From assembly GCA_036172245.1 (NCBI GenBank), contig JAYWIR010000026.1, positions 310,001 through 374,000 of the forward strand: a stretch of 64,000 nt of DNA, written 5' to 3'. Position 1 is the stretch's first letter. Each line of letters opens with the position of its first letter. The translations under genes were made by a program, and so were the position numbers. Under the pieces are notes generated by a model. That model did no database searches, had not been told where the DNA came from, and was given only the letters and a program-made list of their open reading frames with translations. This DNA is from Raillietiella orientalis (lineage: Eukaryota). This document shows positions 1 to 11,799 of the stretch, piece by piece.

Positions 1-2000
1 TCTCGCTGAAGGCAGCCGTACTCAACGCACCGTGGATCTTCCCCCAGGAGAAAACCGACTCCCTCCGATGTGGGATGCCTAGCAGGCGGTTGTGCTCTTC
101 GCGAGGAGCCGTGCAGGCGCACACCGGGACCTGGTCCATGACCTCGCCTGCGAGGAAGAGTCTTCTGAACTGGAGCTGACGCTCCATCCTCTCCAGCGTA
201 AGGAGGCCCGAGCTCAGGGCACCCAAGTTTTTGAGTCGGACTCGGGACCTCCCTGTGCCCCACAGCGCTCTTCTCAGGGGGTCCTCGGTCCTTTAGCGGA
301 TTGTTGCTGGAATGGGGCAAACAAAATGTAGGGGGTGAAAAGGGGAGCCGCGAACACCGCAGTCTTTTTCGGCAAGCAGAACCTGCCGTTCTGGAATCGG
401 CCGAGCGCCAGCTGCACTTTTTGGAGTGGGCCGGGCCGGGGTGCTGCTGCAACGCAGAAGTCCCCCAACGCCAGGGTGCTTGAAATACCCGCCCGTGGGG
501 ATCCCCAAGCGGATCCAGTCCGGCCCACGTCGCACCGACCGGCACCAAGGACGATTTCGCGTTGTTCGCTTCCCGTCCCGTGGTTGAGCAACTCGAAGAA
601 GCCTTCAGGTGCACACCCCTGCGGTAGTCATGGTGAGGAGCAGCAGAAGATCGTCCGCGTAAGCCGACACGGCGGGCGTGCCCGGACACGACCTCGACAG
701 GGCTGCCAGAGTCTTCCTGTATGCTCTCAGAACCAACTCGAAGTAGATGCTGAAGAGCAGGGATCTCCGACTGCCACCCTGCCTTATGCCGCGACGAACG
801 GGCACGCCGCACACGTGCCGACCGCTGAAATTAATATTAATAAACGCGAGGCGCCAGCAGGAGCTCAGGTAGGAAAGGAAGACGGCGGAAAATCCCATGC
901 GTTCCAGAAGCTCCAGAAGGAGTTCCTGGTCGACGCAATAGTAAGCTTTACACAGATCGACAGCGACCGCGTCCGTTCCTCCTTGGTGGCCTTCCCCTTC
1001 CTGATCAGAGGAGAATCCAGGATTCTCGTGACCCGTTGGCACAACCATTCGGGTGATGGGAATCCTTCTGTGTTCATCTGTTCTCGCTGCTTTCCTTTTC
1101 CTTCCTCTCTGTTTGTGGTTCGCCAAGTGCTGAAGAACCGCCCGCCTCCTCAAGTGGGAATTAACCCTGCCCGCGCCACCCGGGGGTGCGTGTGGCTCAT
1201 CAATTTATAGGGGACGACTGCGTAGGGACCGCTCCTATGAATCCAAGAAGGTTGCGGGGGTAGGAGTCCTGTTTCTCTCACGCTTAGGAGGGAACCCTCG
1301 CCCTAGTTGTCTCCGGAAAGGATGCTCTCCCTTTTTCCTCTTCTGAGGGGGACCACGAAGGGACGCTCCCGGAAGGGCGCAGCGCCCTTCTCGCACTCTG
1401 GAGAGGCATCAACCAGCTCCATGGTGCGACCATATCCTCACAAGCGGGAGAGAGTTTCCTTGATGTTCTGGAAGGTCAGTTTCCAGATGCCGGCCACTCA
1501 GCGGAAACACCCGGGTGTTTCATGGGACTCGAAACCCACGAGGCCCCCCCCCATTTTAGGCGTCTCCTCGCTCGTTCTGGGGAGTCGGCGAAAAATCCCA
1601 AACGGTGCCATGGCGCTTCCCCCTACGATGAAGACATTGCTGCGCGTCAAGTCGCCGGCAAGGGCGGTACCCGAGATTCCTCCGAGCAGCGGGCAGTCCA
1701 TCCTCTGAAAGAGGTGGACGGGGAATGCTGCCCGTGGACCCGGCGACCGTCCTTTGTCGGATGGGGAATTTTTCGCTCAAACAGGAAAGCGGGGCAGGAG
1801 CGAGCCTTTGAAAGGCTGCCACGCTGCTGCTTGACGTGACCGCTAACGCGCATGAAGACTTCCTCCGAGGGAAACGTCAAAATTAATGGGAAAAGAGGCG
1901 ACAGACGCTCGGTCTGCGTTCTGCAGGCTGCTGGTGGGTGTTTGCGTTCTTTTTTATGAGGGATTTTGCTTTCCTTCTTCCTTTTCCTTTCTCCCAAAGT
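1..2000 (-). mobile_element. Degenerate non-LTR retrotransposon (Tx1/L1-like LINE) ORF2 with reverse transcriptase; runs off the window start
   Basis: ORF 605-1153 contains the RT motifs VDLCKAYYCV, LERMGF, RGIRQGG..SLLF and AYADD. Upstream frames give endonuclease-like LAGDL and AGIWKL (compare the GxWKLN linker of L1/Tx1 elements). Frameshifted; boundaries approximate. Confidence 0.85.
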
Positions 2001-2239
2001 CAAAAGAATAATGAATTCCCCCCGCGCGACGGCCCCTGCGCCAGGGGCCTCGGGAGCCCTTGAGAGCAGCACGCAGGCGATGCCCGCTGCAGCGCGTGCG
2101 TGAACGGCCAGAGACGCGCGTCTCTCAAGCGGGGGAACTTCAACTTTCGACCCGGAGTCCGGGAGCGGTCGACCCGTCGAAGGATAACCCACCCACCTAC
2201 CTACGATCGGGTGTGATGAATGAATGACCTGCGTCACCA

Positions 2240-4900
2240 TGAGTTACCTGCTCGGACAACTCAAACAACCCGGACAACAAGAGGTTCTGAATGGCAGCCT
2301 ACCTGACTCATCACAAGCTGGACGATCCTTCAGCGCACATTCCGAGGTTTCTATAACGTTCTCATTATTCTGGAATCCTCAAAGGCATTCTTACTCTCTG
2401 GCTTCTGGGTTGTTGCCGGCAGATGTTGGAAATTTTACCTCGAGAGGCAAATCAATTACCCAAAATAGCTGACTCATTACGACGAAAGGGCTCTTCAGGA
2501 GGACAATGCGAAGTTTGTAAGCAGCGAGCAAAGTTTATTACCTGAATCGAAAAACGTCTAAATCATAATGCGATTATGACTGTGCCAAAACCCGAATAAC
2601 CGTTGTGTGATTTTTCTGGCTGGAAATCAAAGGGAGCAGTCAAAGGAATAACTGATGGATTCCTCTGCACCGTCCTCCAGTCTCGCCTATTAGTTTCCGG
2701 AGAAACTCCTTCCAGGGTGTCGCTGTCGTGAGTTCCTTTCGAGGGGCTTCAGCTCGCCTCCTCAATGATTGATGACGAAGTACTTGAATTCCAACTGTCG
2801 TGTCCAGGACGCGACACGGGGCGCCCCGCCGGTGACCGTCAAGGTTCCAAACGACCGACGCCCCGAAAGGTCATGAAAATACATACCCATGTTCATGTAT
2901 ACATACATATTGTATATATTAATATATATGCATTAGAAACAGCAGGAAAAAATAAACATGTGCGCTTATTATGTATATCGATATCTTCATGCATAGATTA
3001 ATGTACCAATTTATTTTGACATATATAGTTATTCATATTTATTAGCATGCATATTAATGAACAGTAATGCTCTTTCAACACATATATATTTATTAACATA
3101 TATATTCTTCATGTAATCAATGATATGCATCAATCTATTAATATACTTATTAAAGATGACAAACAATAAATACATATGCTTATTACATAGAGTAATAAAT
3201 ATAATACATATTAAATGAATATATAAGTATCCAATTATGAAAAATAATAGTGACAATTAAAAATAGTGGGAAAAATAGAAAAAGCAAACAAATTAAAAAA
3301 AAAGAATTGGCATTTTATTTTCCTGCCATTTCCAACACGCAACAAAGGAAAGTTTCTCAGGAAATGGCGAATTCTATTTTCAGGAATCGATCGTTTGGTG
3401 AGTATATGTTTTTAATACGATATTCATATATTCATTTCGTATATATTCATTATGTGTATAAATTGGTATGAACATGTAGAATCAACACATTTATTTTTAT
3501 TATGTTTATTATTTGTATCAATATATATACTGATCAATTTATAAATATGAATATTAATATATATGATAAACATGTACATTTATTTTTATATAATCTTCTT
3601 ACTATATATCAATATATAAGTACTCTATGTATAAATATGCATATTCATGTATAGGCACCTGCAGTTATTTTTCGTGACCTCTCGGAATTTCTCACCAGAT
3701 CCGCGTTAGGCACCCCTGCCTCTGAAAATCGCTTGCTGGAGTTCCTGGCTGAGCAATTCGAGCGCATCACGTCGGGTCCATAGAGTTTTGCTTAGGCGGA
3801 GAGCTCCATGATCTCTGGGTCACTCGGCGCTCATGGACCTCCTGTGGCAAACTGGACGAAAAACGGAGAGCATCTTCCCTTCGGGACGGAGCGGTCCAAG
3901 AGGTCGCGGTTTCACCCGGAAACGGCGTCGCACACGCCTCGAGCCATGACGCCATCTTTACTTGAGAACATTGGAGTACGTTTAGGTTTAGGAATGACTC
4001 TTGGGCTGTTGTTGCTCCCGAAGATCGAACGTGAAGCGGCTGACGTCCGGTGCCGCCGATGGGATTGCGAGGACGACACGTCTTGGACTGCCGCGAATGC
4101 CTTACCGGTATGGCCCGTGCTCAAGTCCGTGCGGACGTACACAAAAGCCATCATGTTTTGCGATTCATCAAGTGCGTCTCGAGCAAGCCGTACCAAGAAC
4201 TTTATTCACCCCGGAGGATTGTACATTACTCAGCTCGCGACATTCGCATTTTGTCGTGAAAGGTCACGGCCGTTAAGAATGCAACACGCATGCTTTCATC
4301 ATGTAGTGGGAGGGGGGGGGCAGAAATCCTTGGATGTCGAGTATACTTGCTGGAACTCTTCAAGGTCTGCAAAGGACGTTCTAAAGAAAAGAGGGGGGGC
4401 CCTCTCACAGCTCGGATTCGCGAAACTCGACCTTTCGTCTGATCTTGAAGTCAAAGCGTGTTTTTGAGCGGTGCAGGTCAATTATGTACCCCTTGGAAAC
4501 GAGTCTTTCAATGAAAGGACCACGTCCCATGCGACCGGTTCCATCCCTGTCTGGGCGATGTCCACACAGGTTTGGCCGCGACCCCCATCCACGAACCCGC
4601 GGTCCCAATTTTGGCGCCCGCACAGCCGGAGCGTGGAACGGCAGCCCGCAAGCATTGGAGGTGTTGAACCCCACATTCTCCGCGCCTATTCGTGCTCATA
4701 GGCTGCAGGTGGTTCTTCTTCTTCCCCAGGTGTGCGCCGGTGCTGAAGTCTCCAAAACGCGGCCTTCTGTTCCTCCCTTTCGTCCGAGCGCCTGCCTGAC
4801 CGCTGTTCTCTTGCCGTCGCTACCTCCTCCTTGGGCACGAAATCCTCTGGGTCTTAATGCGATGGAGGCGTGAGGCCTTCCGGGATGCGGTTGGTCTCGT
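2240..4900 (-). mobile_element. Highly degenerate LINE RT relic (I/Jockey-like), interrupted by an AT-rich TIR element
   Basis: RT-like motif remnants in the expected order across frameshifts: KHACCIL..GRDLS, GKAFAAV, VPKGRCSP, a damaged YAD-like stretch near 3700, then EFKYFV near 2780 on the far side of the insertion. Confidence 0.5.
2831..3691. mobile_element. AT-rich non-autonomous TIR element (MITE/foldback-like), copy 1
   Basis: ccgaaaggtcatgaaaat (about 2863) and attttt-cgtgacctctcgg (about 3667) are imperfect inverted repeats flanking a very AT-rich interior. The interior shares blocks with the copies at 28.9-30.4 kb and 35.2-35.8 kb. Confidence 0.7.
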
Positions 4901-6024
4901 GCAGGCCAGACTAGACTTCTAGATGGGGGGGCGGACCTGCAACCGCCCCCCCCCCTTCCCTTCGCAACAACTTTGAGGTGGCGAGCGGAGGCGTCCGTTT
5001 TCTGCCGCTCAGGAAACCCTCCTGATGGCAGCTTTCTTTTGGTGCAAGATTCCCTGTTTGAAACCTTTGCTGCCTTGGTCCCCAAGCCTGGGGCTGGCTC
5101 AACGGCTAAGGGCCCTTCCCTACCACGAGGGCAAAATGGCATGGCATCGCATTCTGCAGCTGCCGCCGCACCGACGGAAGTGGAAAGCTGCACCTCGCTT
5201 TGCTTTCTCGCTTTCGCATTTCGCTCCTCCATTCAAAAGTTCAACAATGGATGCATCCATGGAAACCATCGATTTCCATGGATGCATTTGCTCGGTGCAG
5301 CCTAGGCACTGCGCAACACCTCGAAACGAGCGAGAGACGGGGGATGTCACGCGTTACCCTCGGGGAAGAGATGATCCATTTTTCTTTTTCTTTTTTTTTT
5401 TAAAAAAAAAAAAAAAGAAAAGAAAAGAAGAGAAGGGATTTCGGTATTCGGAGGCAAATGCAGTTCTCATTTCCTTCTAGCTGGCGGTCTTTCGTCCAAC
5501 ACCTTGTTCCCAGGCGCCGCGTGTTTTGAGATGACTGCAGAACTCTTCAGTGTGTGGATGTATGTATTCGCCCTTGGAAATGGGAAAGGATCCATTGACC
5601 ATTCTGTTTATTTTATTTTTTTTACTGTCTCCTACATGGAGTGTGCAGTCCTCCAGCTGCATTTACATCGATCGTTACCAAGGTTAAGCGAGTGCAGCGG
5701 CTTGGGAGCAATTCTGCCGAGACGAGCTCAAAGGAAGCCATGATAGAAGGCACCCTCTTCTACCGCTGTAGAAGAAGTACGAAGAGTCGATCACATCACG
5801 ATTTAGAACCGAACCCGCTGGTCCGAGGTCATTTTCTTCCGTGCATTTTGCTGCATGCAATCTGAAGCGGTCGACTCTGCAAAAGTCCTCGCACCACCGC
5901 AGAAGAACTTCTACGGAGAAAAAGGGAATCCATCGAACGGAATCTCATGGCCACCTCGGAGCTCGCCTCGAGGGAGTCCTTCTACAGCTGCCGTACCCTC
6001 TTCGCCCAGGATTAGTGGGGGGTT

Positions 6025-6420
6025 GGGGGCCGAACGCCGAAATGCCGGAAATCAAAATCCCAAATGTCGAAAAATCATAAAAGATAAACACATACGTTTA
6101 TTGCATTTATTAGTGTATGCTTATATGTCGATTAAGATGCAAAATTCAGTTTATCTTATTCATGTTTATTCAAATATGCATTATTAATGTAATTAGTCAG
6201 TATAATTAATAACATGCATTAGTGCATATAATTAAGATACATATTAAAGATCACAAAAATCTATTTCCACTATGTATATGACTATATATAATATACATTA
6301 AGTGAATATCAGTCATCACAAAGTGAATGTACACGCGTGGAGGTGTACACAAGTAAAGTCAGCAAACGATCGAAATCCTGAAAATAGAAGTCATCAGTTG
6401 TCGAGAAAGTTCTCTTTCCC
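6025..6420. mobile_element. AT-rich TIR element, partial copy
   Basis: Left-end motif cgccgaaatgccggaaatcaaaatcccaaatgtcgaaaaatcataaaa followed by an AT-rich interior. An inverted copy of the internal block ctattttcagga lies near 6375-6390. Confidence 0.6.
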
Positions 6421-7188
6421 GAATGTACTCACCTTCTCTGGAATCCAAATTTCAAAAATGCTGCGGCCTTTATGGAATGATGTATAAATAATATATTGAT
6501 ACGTACTATTTGTACACCTCTTTTATGGGACGTTGTTGACTGTACCGAGATGGGTAGCGGAAGTAGAAAACAGAAAAAATCACTTCTGGATAGAGGAATA
6601 GAATGTGAATGAAATGAAGTTTTGATCGTTGCGCAGCAGCGTGAATTCTCTCAATCGGAAGAACAAATTTAGCGACGTGACAAAAGTAGAAAGTGATGAC
6701 AGTGTATGGTAAATGACGATGACGGTCCGATACGGAATCGGATTCGGGCTTCTTCCCGATTGCTCTTTCCCCGTACTCTTCTCAGGAGCAGAAGAACCAC
6801 ACGAGCAGGAGGGCAAACCTCCCTGACCACTCCACGGCTAAATGGAACGGCTGGTCCATGGCATCTGCGAAATCCTCCATTTTCTTCTTCGTGCTCCGTA
6901 GAAGGCGCCGCACCCAGAGGCACCATCCCGGATCCTGAACGCAGCCTCCGAGCCACCTGCCGCATTTTTTCCCTTCTCTCTCGGCGTGGAGCGCGGTCGT
7001 CATCTCTAGTGGGCGCGGTCGTCATCTCCATCACTGGGATCGGTCGATTCGGGTCGGCTTGCTCTTCAGTCGATGACCACGAATGCAGGTCGAGTTGCAT
7101 GCCGATCTCAAACGCGGCTGTTTCGTCTCCGCGCCCTCTTCCATCTCACGTGAAAACGCATCTGAGGTTTCGTTCGAACCGCCCCTCA

Positions 7189-7332
7189 CTGCTCCCCATC
7201 CACGCTGCTCCCCATCCACGCTGCTCCCCATCCACACTGCACCCCATCCACGCTGCTCCCCATCCACGCTGCACCCCATCCACGCTGCTCCCCATCCATG
7301 CTGCTCCCCATCCACGCTGCTCCCCATCCACA
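7189..7332. repeat. 16-bp minisatellite, 9 copies
   Basis: Tandem unit CTGCTCCCCATCCACG with 0-1 substitutions per copy. Confidence 0.95.
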
Positions 7333-7869
7333 CAGACAAAGTGGTCACAAAACCTCCAGTTCTGACTCTTTCGAGGGTCGAAAGTTCTCTTTTAGTAGTT
7401 CTCTTTTGTAGTACTATGTTAATAATAAGCACACGTGCTGAAATGCAAGCATTAATACTATTTATGTTATCAAATATTATTAATGAATATGTCCTAAAAC
7501 AAATTTGTATGTATCCCTATCCATAGGTGCACATTAATAAAGATGAGTTAAGAGAAATTTGCATATTGATCTACCAATGTGTATACGGATAGATAGACCT
7601 ACAAAGGTAAGATGGCTGCCGATATAGGGAGGTCGACGTGGATTTCATCTGCTCGTGAGATTTGGTCGGATTCCGGAGGAGCGGAGGTGTACCAAAACGA
7701 TTCCGATGCCGGAAGCTTTCCAATGCATCGGAAGAAATTTCCTCTCGGAGACGAATCTCCACCGGAAGCAGCGCGTACATATTGTACGCTTCCTTCTGCA
7801 AAAGAAGCAGCTCCATCGTGCGTGAGCTGTACCAAATTTCTTTTTTGCTTTCTTCTCCGTCCTTTTAAA

Positions 7870-8335
7870 CTGTCGCCGTTGTTTTTTATATTTTGATGTT
7901 TAAACATTCATTTAATATATGCTTACTATGGACATAAATGTGTGTGAATGTGTACAATAAACACATGTGTTTGCTTTATATAATCTTTAATGCATATATT
8001 ATTAACTTATATCAATAGTATGTACGTTAGTAAATGTTAATGAATGTACATATTAAGACGGTATCAATATGAATAATGTGCATGTTAATAAACATTAATA
8101 ATAGGTATAATCTGCATGCTAGTGTGTATTAATAAATTGTGAAATGTTAACATAGATTTGTATACTGGTTTACACATAAATATATGCGTTGGTATACATA
8201 ATAAGCATACATATTTCTTTCTTTCTAATCTTTATAATACATTTTTATTAATTTATAAATAAATATACATATTCATATGTATCATAAGCGTGTGTATGTA
8301 TTTTTTGATGATCGTTGGGGATTTCGGTGGGCACT
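7870..8335. mobile_element. AT-rich TIR element, partial copy (right end)
   Basis: AT-rich interior ending in ttttttgatgatcgttggggatttcgg, matching the family right end. Confidence 0.6.
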
Positions 8336-9285
8336 GCAAACGCATTCTGTCTTACCGCCAGCAGCACTGCTGGATCTGCGCTGGACGGGACGGCATCTTG
8401 CAATCTCTTCTCGTTGACCTGAGAGGTCACGCGGTGTTTTTCTCTGCGGGATTTCTGGAGAACGTGTCGCTTCGGCTCCCCTTGGCCCCCGTTCGATGAG
8501 GATGCAACTGGCCGGAAGCAGCTCAGGGATCGGATTGCAAGGACGCGTCCCGAAGAAGCGAGGTTTGGTCTGTTTCCAGGCGGGGAGCGCTTCTTGCCGA
8601 AGAGGATGTTTGGAAGGGCACGGGGCTGGGAGCTGCTCCTCCCTGGGAGCGAGGCGCCCGTCTCCCTTGCGGACGGCTTCTCTTGGAACGGAGGCCCGAA
8701 GAGGCTCGGAGCTCGAGTTGCGCCTCAGAGCCCCTTCCCCACGCACAGGGGAGGCGCCTCCCGGCAGGCAGGGAAGGACCGCGACGCGAAATCCCTGCCA
8801 CGGGGAACGCGCGCGTGCCCCCAGGAGGCTGCGCGGGCGCTGTGGAACTCCGCTTTCCTGCGGATGGAATCCACAAACACGTGCCACGAGCGGCGTCTTC
8901 CTCCACCTCCTCGTGGGGGCCTCTCCGCGACGGAATGTTGATGAAGAAGAAGACGCAGTCCCAGGTCTCCTCCTCGTGTCAGCCTCGAAACAAATGGGGA
9001 AAGAACTTTGCCGGTGGGCATGCCTCGAACGCTGCCTTTCTTTCTTTTGGGATGCAAAGAAGTGTGCGGACCGGGAAAGTCTGTCCTGAGGAAACGCCCC
9101 CCTTGCAATCACTACGACTACAGCAATAATGACGATGATGGCGACAGCAGCGAGCCCATGAAACTAAGACAGAAAAGGTATATATATTTTTCTTTTAAAA
9201 TATATATGAAATCAATGTGACTATCCTGACTCCGTGGAAAATCCCAATCGAATCTCGCGCGTTCCATTCTTCCATCCTCCGTGGT

Positions 9286-9466
9286 TCAGAAGAACCCGAG
9301 GCTGCCCACGCCCGTCCCGCGCATTTTTTCTCTGCTCGCTTGCTCGGGGCAGTACGTCGAAGGGACGGCGAATTGGTTCCCGTAGGCGCCCACCATGTTG
9401 GGGCAGCTCGCATTGAACGTATTCAGGTGCTGACAGTTGGGAAAGGCTTCGGAGCTTCCCGTGATC
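9286..9466 (-). CDS. Pax3/7: Probable terminal coding exon of Pax3/7
   Basis: Strong polypyrimidine acceptor ttttccctgttttttccctttccccag|. Phase 2 matches the GG|GTAAGT donor at 14171. The open frame (G)ITGSSEAFPNCQHLNTFNASCPNMVGAYGNQFAVPSTYCPEQASREKMRGTGVGSLGFF* has composition similar to the preceding exon. No homology check was possible. Confidence 0.65.
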
Positions 9467-9774
9467 CTGGGGAAAGGGAAAAAACAGGGAAAATGCGACG
9501 CACGTCCAGTTGCCCTCCTGCGAACCCCGCCGGTTCGGAGGTGCTGCCGTGACTGGGCCGGCAGGCCCGGCACCGGGAAGCAGAAGGAAAGAAAGGGAGA
9601 GCGAAAAAAAAAGGAAAAAAACCCCCGGGGGCAGGATGTCATTCTCGTGCTTCCCTACGCCCGGCGCTTCCGTTTCGGTTCTACGAAAGTGCCCCTCCAG
9701 CGGGACTCGGTCCAGCTTGCATATCTGCATGACCTGACGCGACAGTGCCGAGATCATACCCGTATCTGCCCGTA

Positions 9775-10720
9775 CAGCTATCTGCATTACTTTTCTGCCT
9801 ATATCCATCCACCCATGTGCATACCCATATCTATTACCTATCTGTCTGTATCCATCTGCCCGTCTGTCTATCTATAGCTCCTTGTCTATAAATATCTATC
9901 TTATTTATCAATCTATCTATCTATATGTACTACCTATCTGCCTGCCTATCTATATCTACTATATATCTGTTTGCTTATATTTATCTATATGCCTATATCT
10001 ATCTCTAAATATATGTACTAACTATATGTATATCTATATCTATTGCTTCTCTGCCTATCCATCCTTCCATATCTATCTACCCATCGGTCTATATCCATTT
10101 ATCGATCTGTCTATCTGTACTTATCCATCTTCCTATCTATATCTTTCCACCCATGTGTCGCTCAATACCTATTGCCTATCTGACTACCTGTATTTATCTT
10201 TCCGTCTATGTCAATCTGACTATCTATCTATTTATATCTACCACTCATCTACCTGTCTATATTTATTCTTCCTTCTATATCTATCTATCTGTCTATCCGT
10301 ACCTACTACATATCCATCTGCCTATATCTGTCTATACCTATCCACCCATGTGTATATCTACATCTGTTTCCTATCTGACTGTCCATTTTTGTCTATCCGT
10401 CTATATATCTATCTGCCCATCTGTCTATCTATATTTCTCTCGCTCTCTCCATCTACCTATCTGCTTATCTATATCTACTATATCTCTCCCATTTATATTT
10501 ATCCATCCCTCTATATCTATCTGCCAATCTATATCCACTACCTATCTACTTGTCTATCCGTATCTACTATATGGATAGTAGATTTCTCTGTGTTTATCCA
10601 TCTATGCATCCGTTTATCGTCTGTCTCTATCTTTATCTACTCATTTGTCTTTCCATGTGCACTTTCCTATCTGTTTGTATTTATCTACATGCGTCCATCA
10701 GCGTGTACAACTATCGGTAT
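9775..10720. repeat. Degenerate (TATC/TCTA)n low-complexity microsatellite
   Basis: About 0.95 kb dominated by ctatct/ctatcc/ctacct variants and strongly G-poor on the + strand. Lies in the putative last Pax intron. Confidence 0.9.
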
Positions 10721-11799
10721 GGATGGATCAATGTCGGTTCATTCAGGTACGCGCCAGTCGACTGCCGGCCGGTGGGGCGTCGTCGCGTCACCTCACGGGG
10801 GGAGGCGCACCGACACGGCGCATGCGCGCGGGGGGACGGCCAGCGACTGGCCAACCGCCGCCCCGCGCGCGCCCTCCTCGCGGGAACGCGCCGTCCCACC
10901 TATGGACCGAGGAAGGAACTACAAAATGCTCGTTCCTGAATGGCCCCGCGAACGAGCGCGTCGCCGGACGCTCCCCCTTGGCGAAACGGGGCCATCGATC
11001 GGTATCGGCAACACCCCAGTCCCGAGAAATCGGATTTGCCGCGCCCCAAACGCCCTTCCCTCCCCGGGATCGAAGCGAGTGCGTCCCTCCTCTCCCCAGA
11101 AGGATTCAATCGGCGATGAAGCAGCGCACGGCAGCAGTGCCCCGGCCGATGGGTTCGGCAACCACCTCGACCAAAAGTGTTGGTTGGGGCGACGCCGATC
11201 CCTTTCCGCTTTCGGTTGCCCGGAAGACCGCGCCTCTGCGCCCTGCTTGCTTCAAAGAGAGCCAGTTCGAGGGGGGGGGGGGGAGAGAAGATGGAGGAAG
11301 CTGCGCCTGGAGAGCGCGGCCCGGGCGGAGCGATCGATCACCCCGCAAGCGAGGGGCGGGAAGACTAAGGCCATCCTCGGTCTCTGGTCCCCCCCCCCCT
11401 GCTTCGCGCCCGCCCCGAAGGGGTCTCCGCAGGGCGGTTCCTCGTCCTGGAAGAGGCGGCGGCGTGAAATTTGCGAAGAGCCGAGGCCCCCCCGCGACCC
11501 AGACACCCCTCCCGGACCCTCACCAGCCCGCTTCCCTGACATCCTCCTGGCGCGGTTCCGCGTGCGCACCGCGCTCTCGCCAATTCCGGTCCGTCTGCAC
11601 TTATTCGGTCAGCCTCCCATGCTGCCACCTGGCGCGGCCGACCCCACTCGCGCTGGGGGCGACCTCCTCTGCCTCGGATCGTCTTTTCTGTTTCACGCTT
11701 GCAGCTGCGCCCTACTCTCCGGAGGAACAGACCGACTGCTCTTTTAGGCTCGCATTTTACTTTCGTTTTGTTTCTATTTTTTTAATGCATTTCCTTCCC

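Noticed and set aside
7189..7332. Regular repeats (here and at 22090-22960) as a CRISPR-like array
   Set aside because: The units are contiguous with no unique spacers, there are no cas genes, and the context is eukaryotic.
9882..11747. 621-aa ORF, the longest in the track
   Set aside because: Its first half is a translation of the (TATC)n low-complexity tract (Y/L/S/I-rich) and its second half is GC-rich decayed repeat. There is no domain signal.
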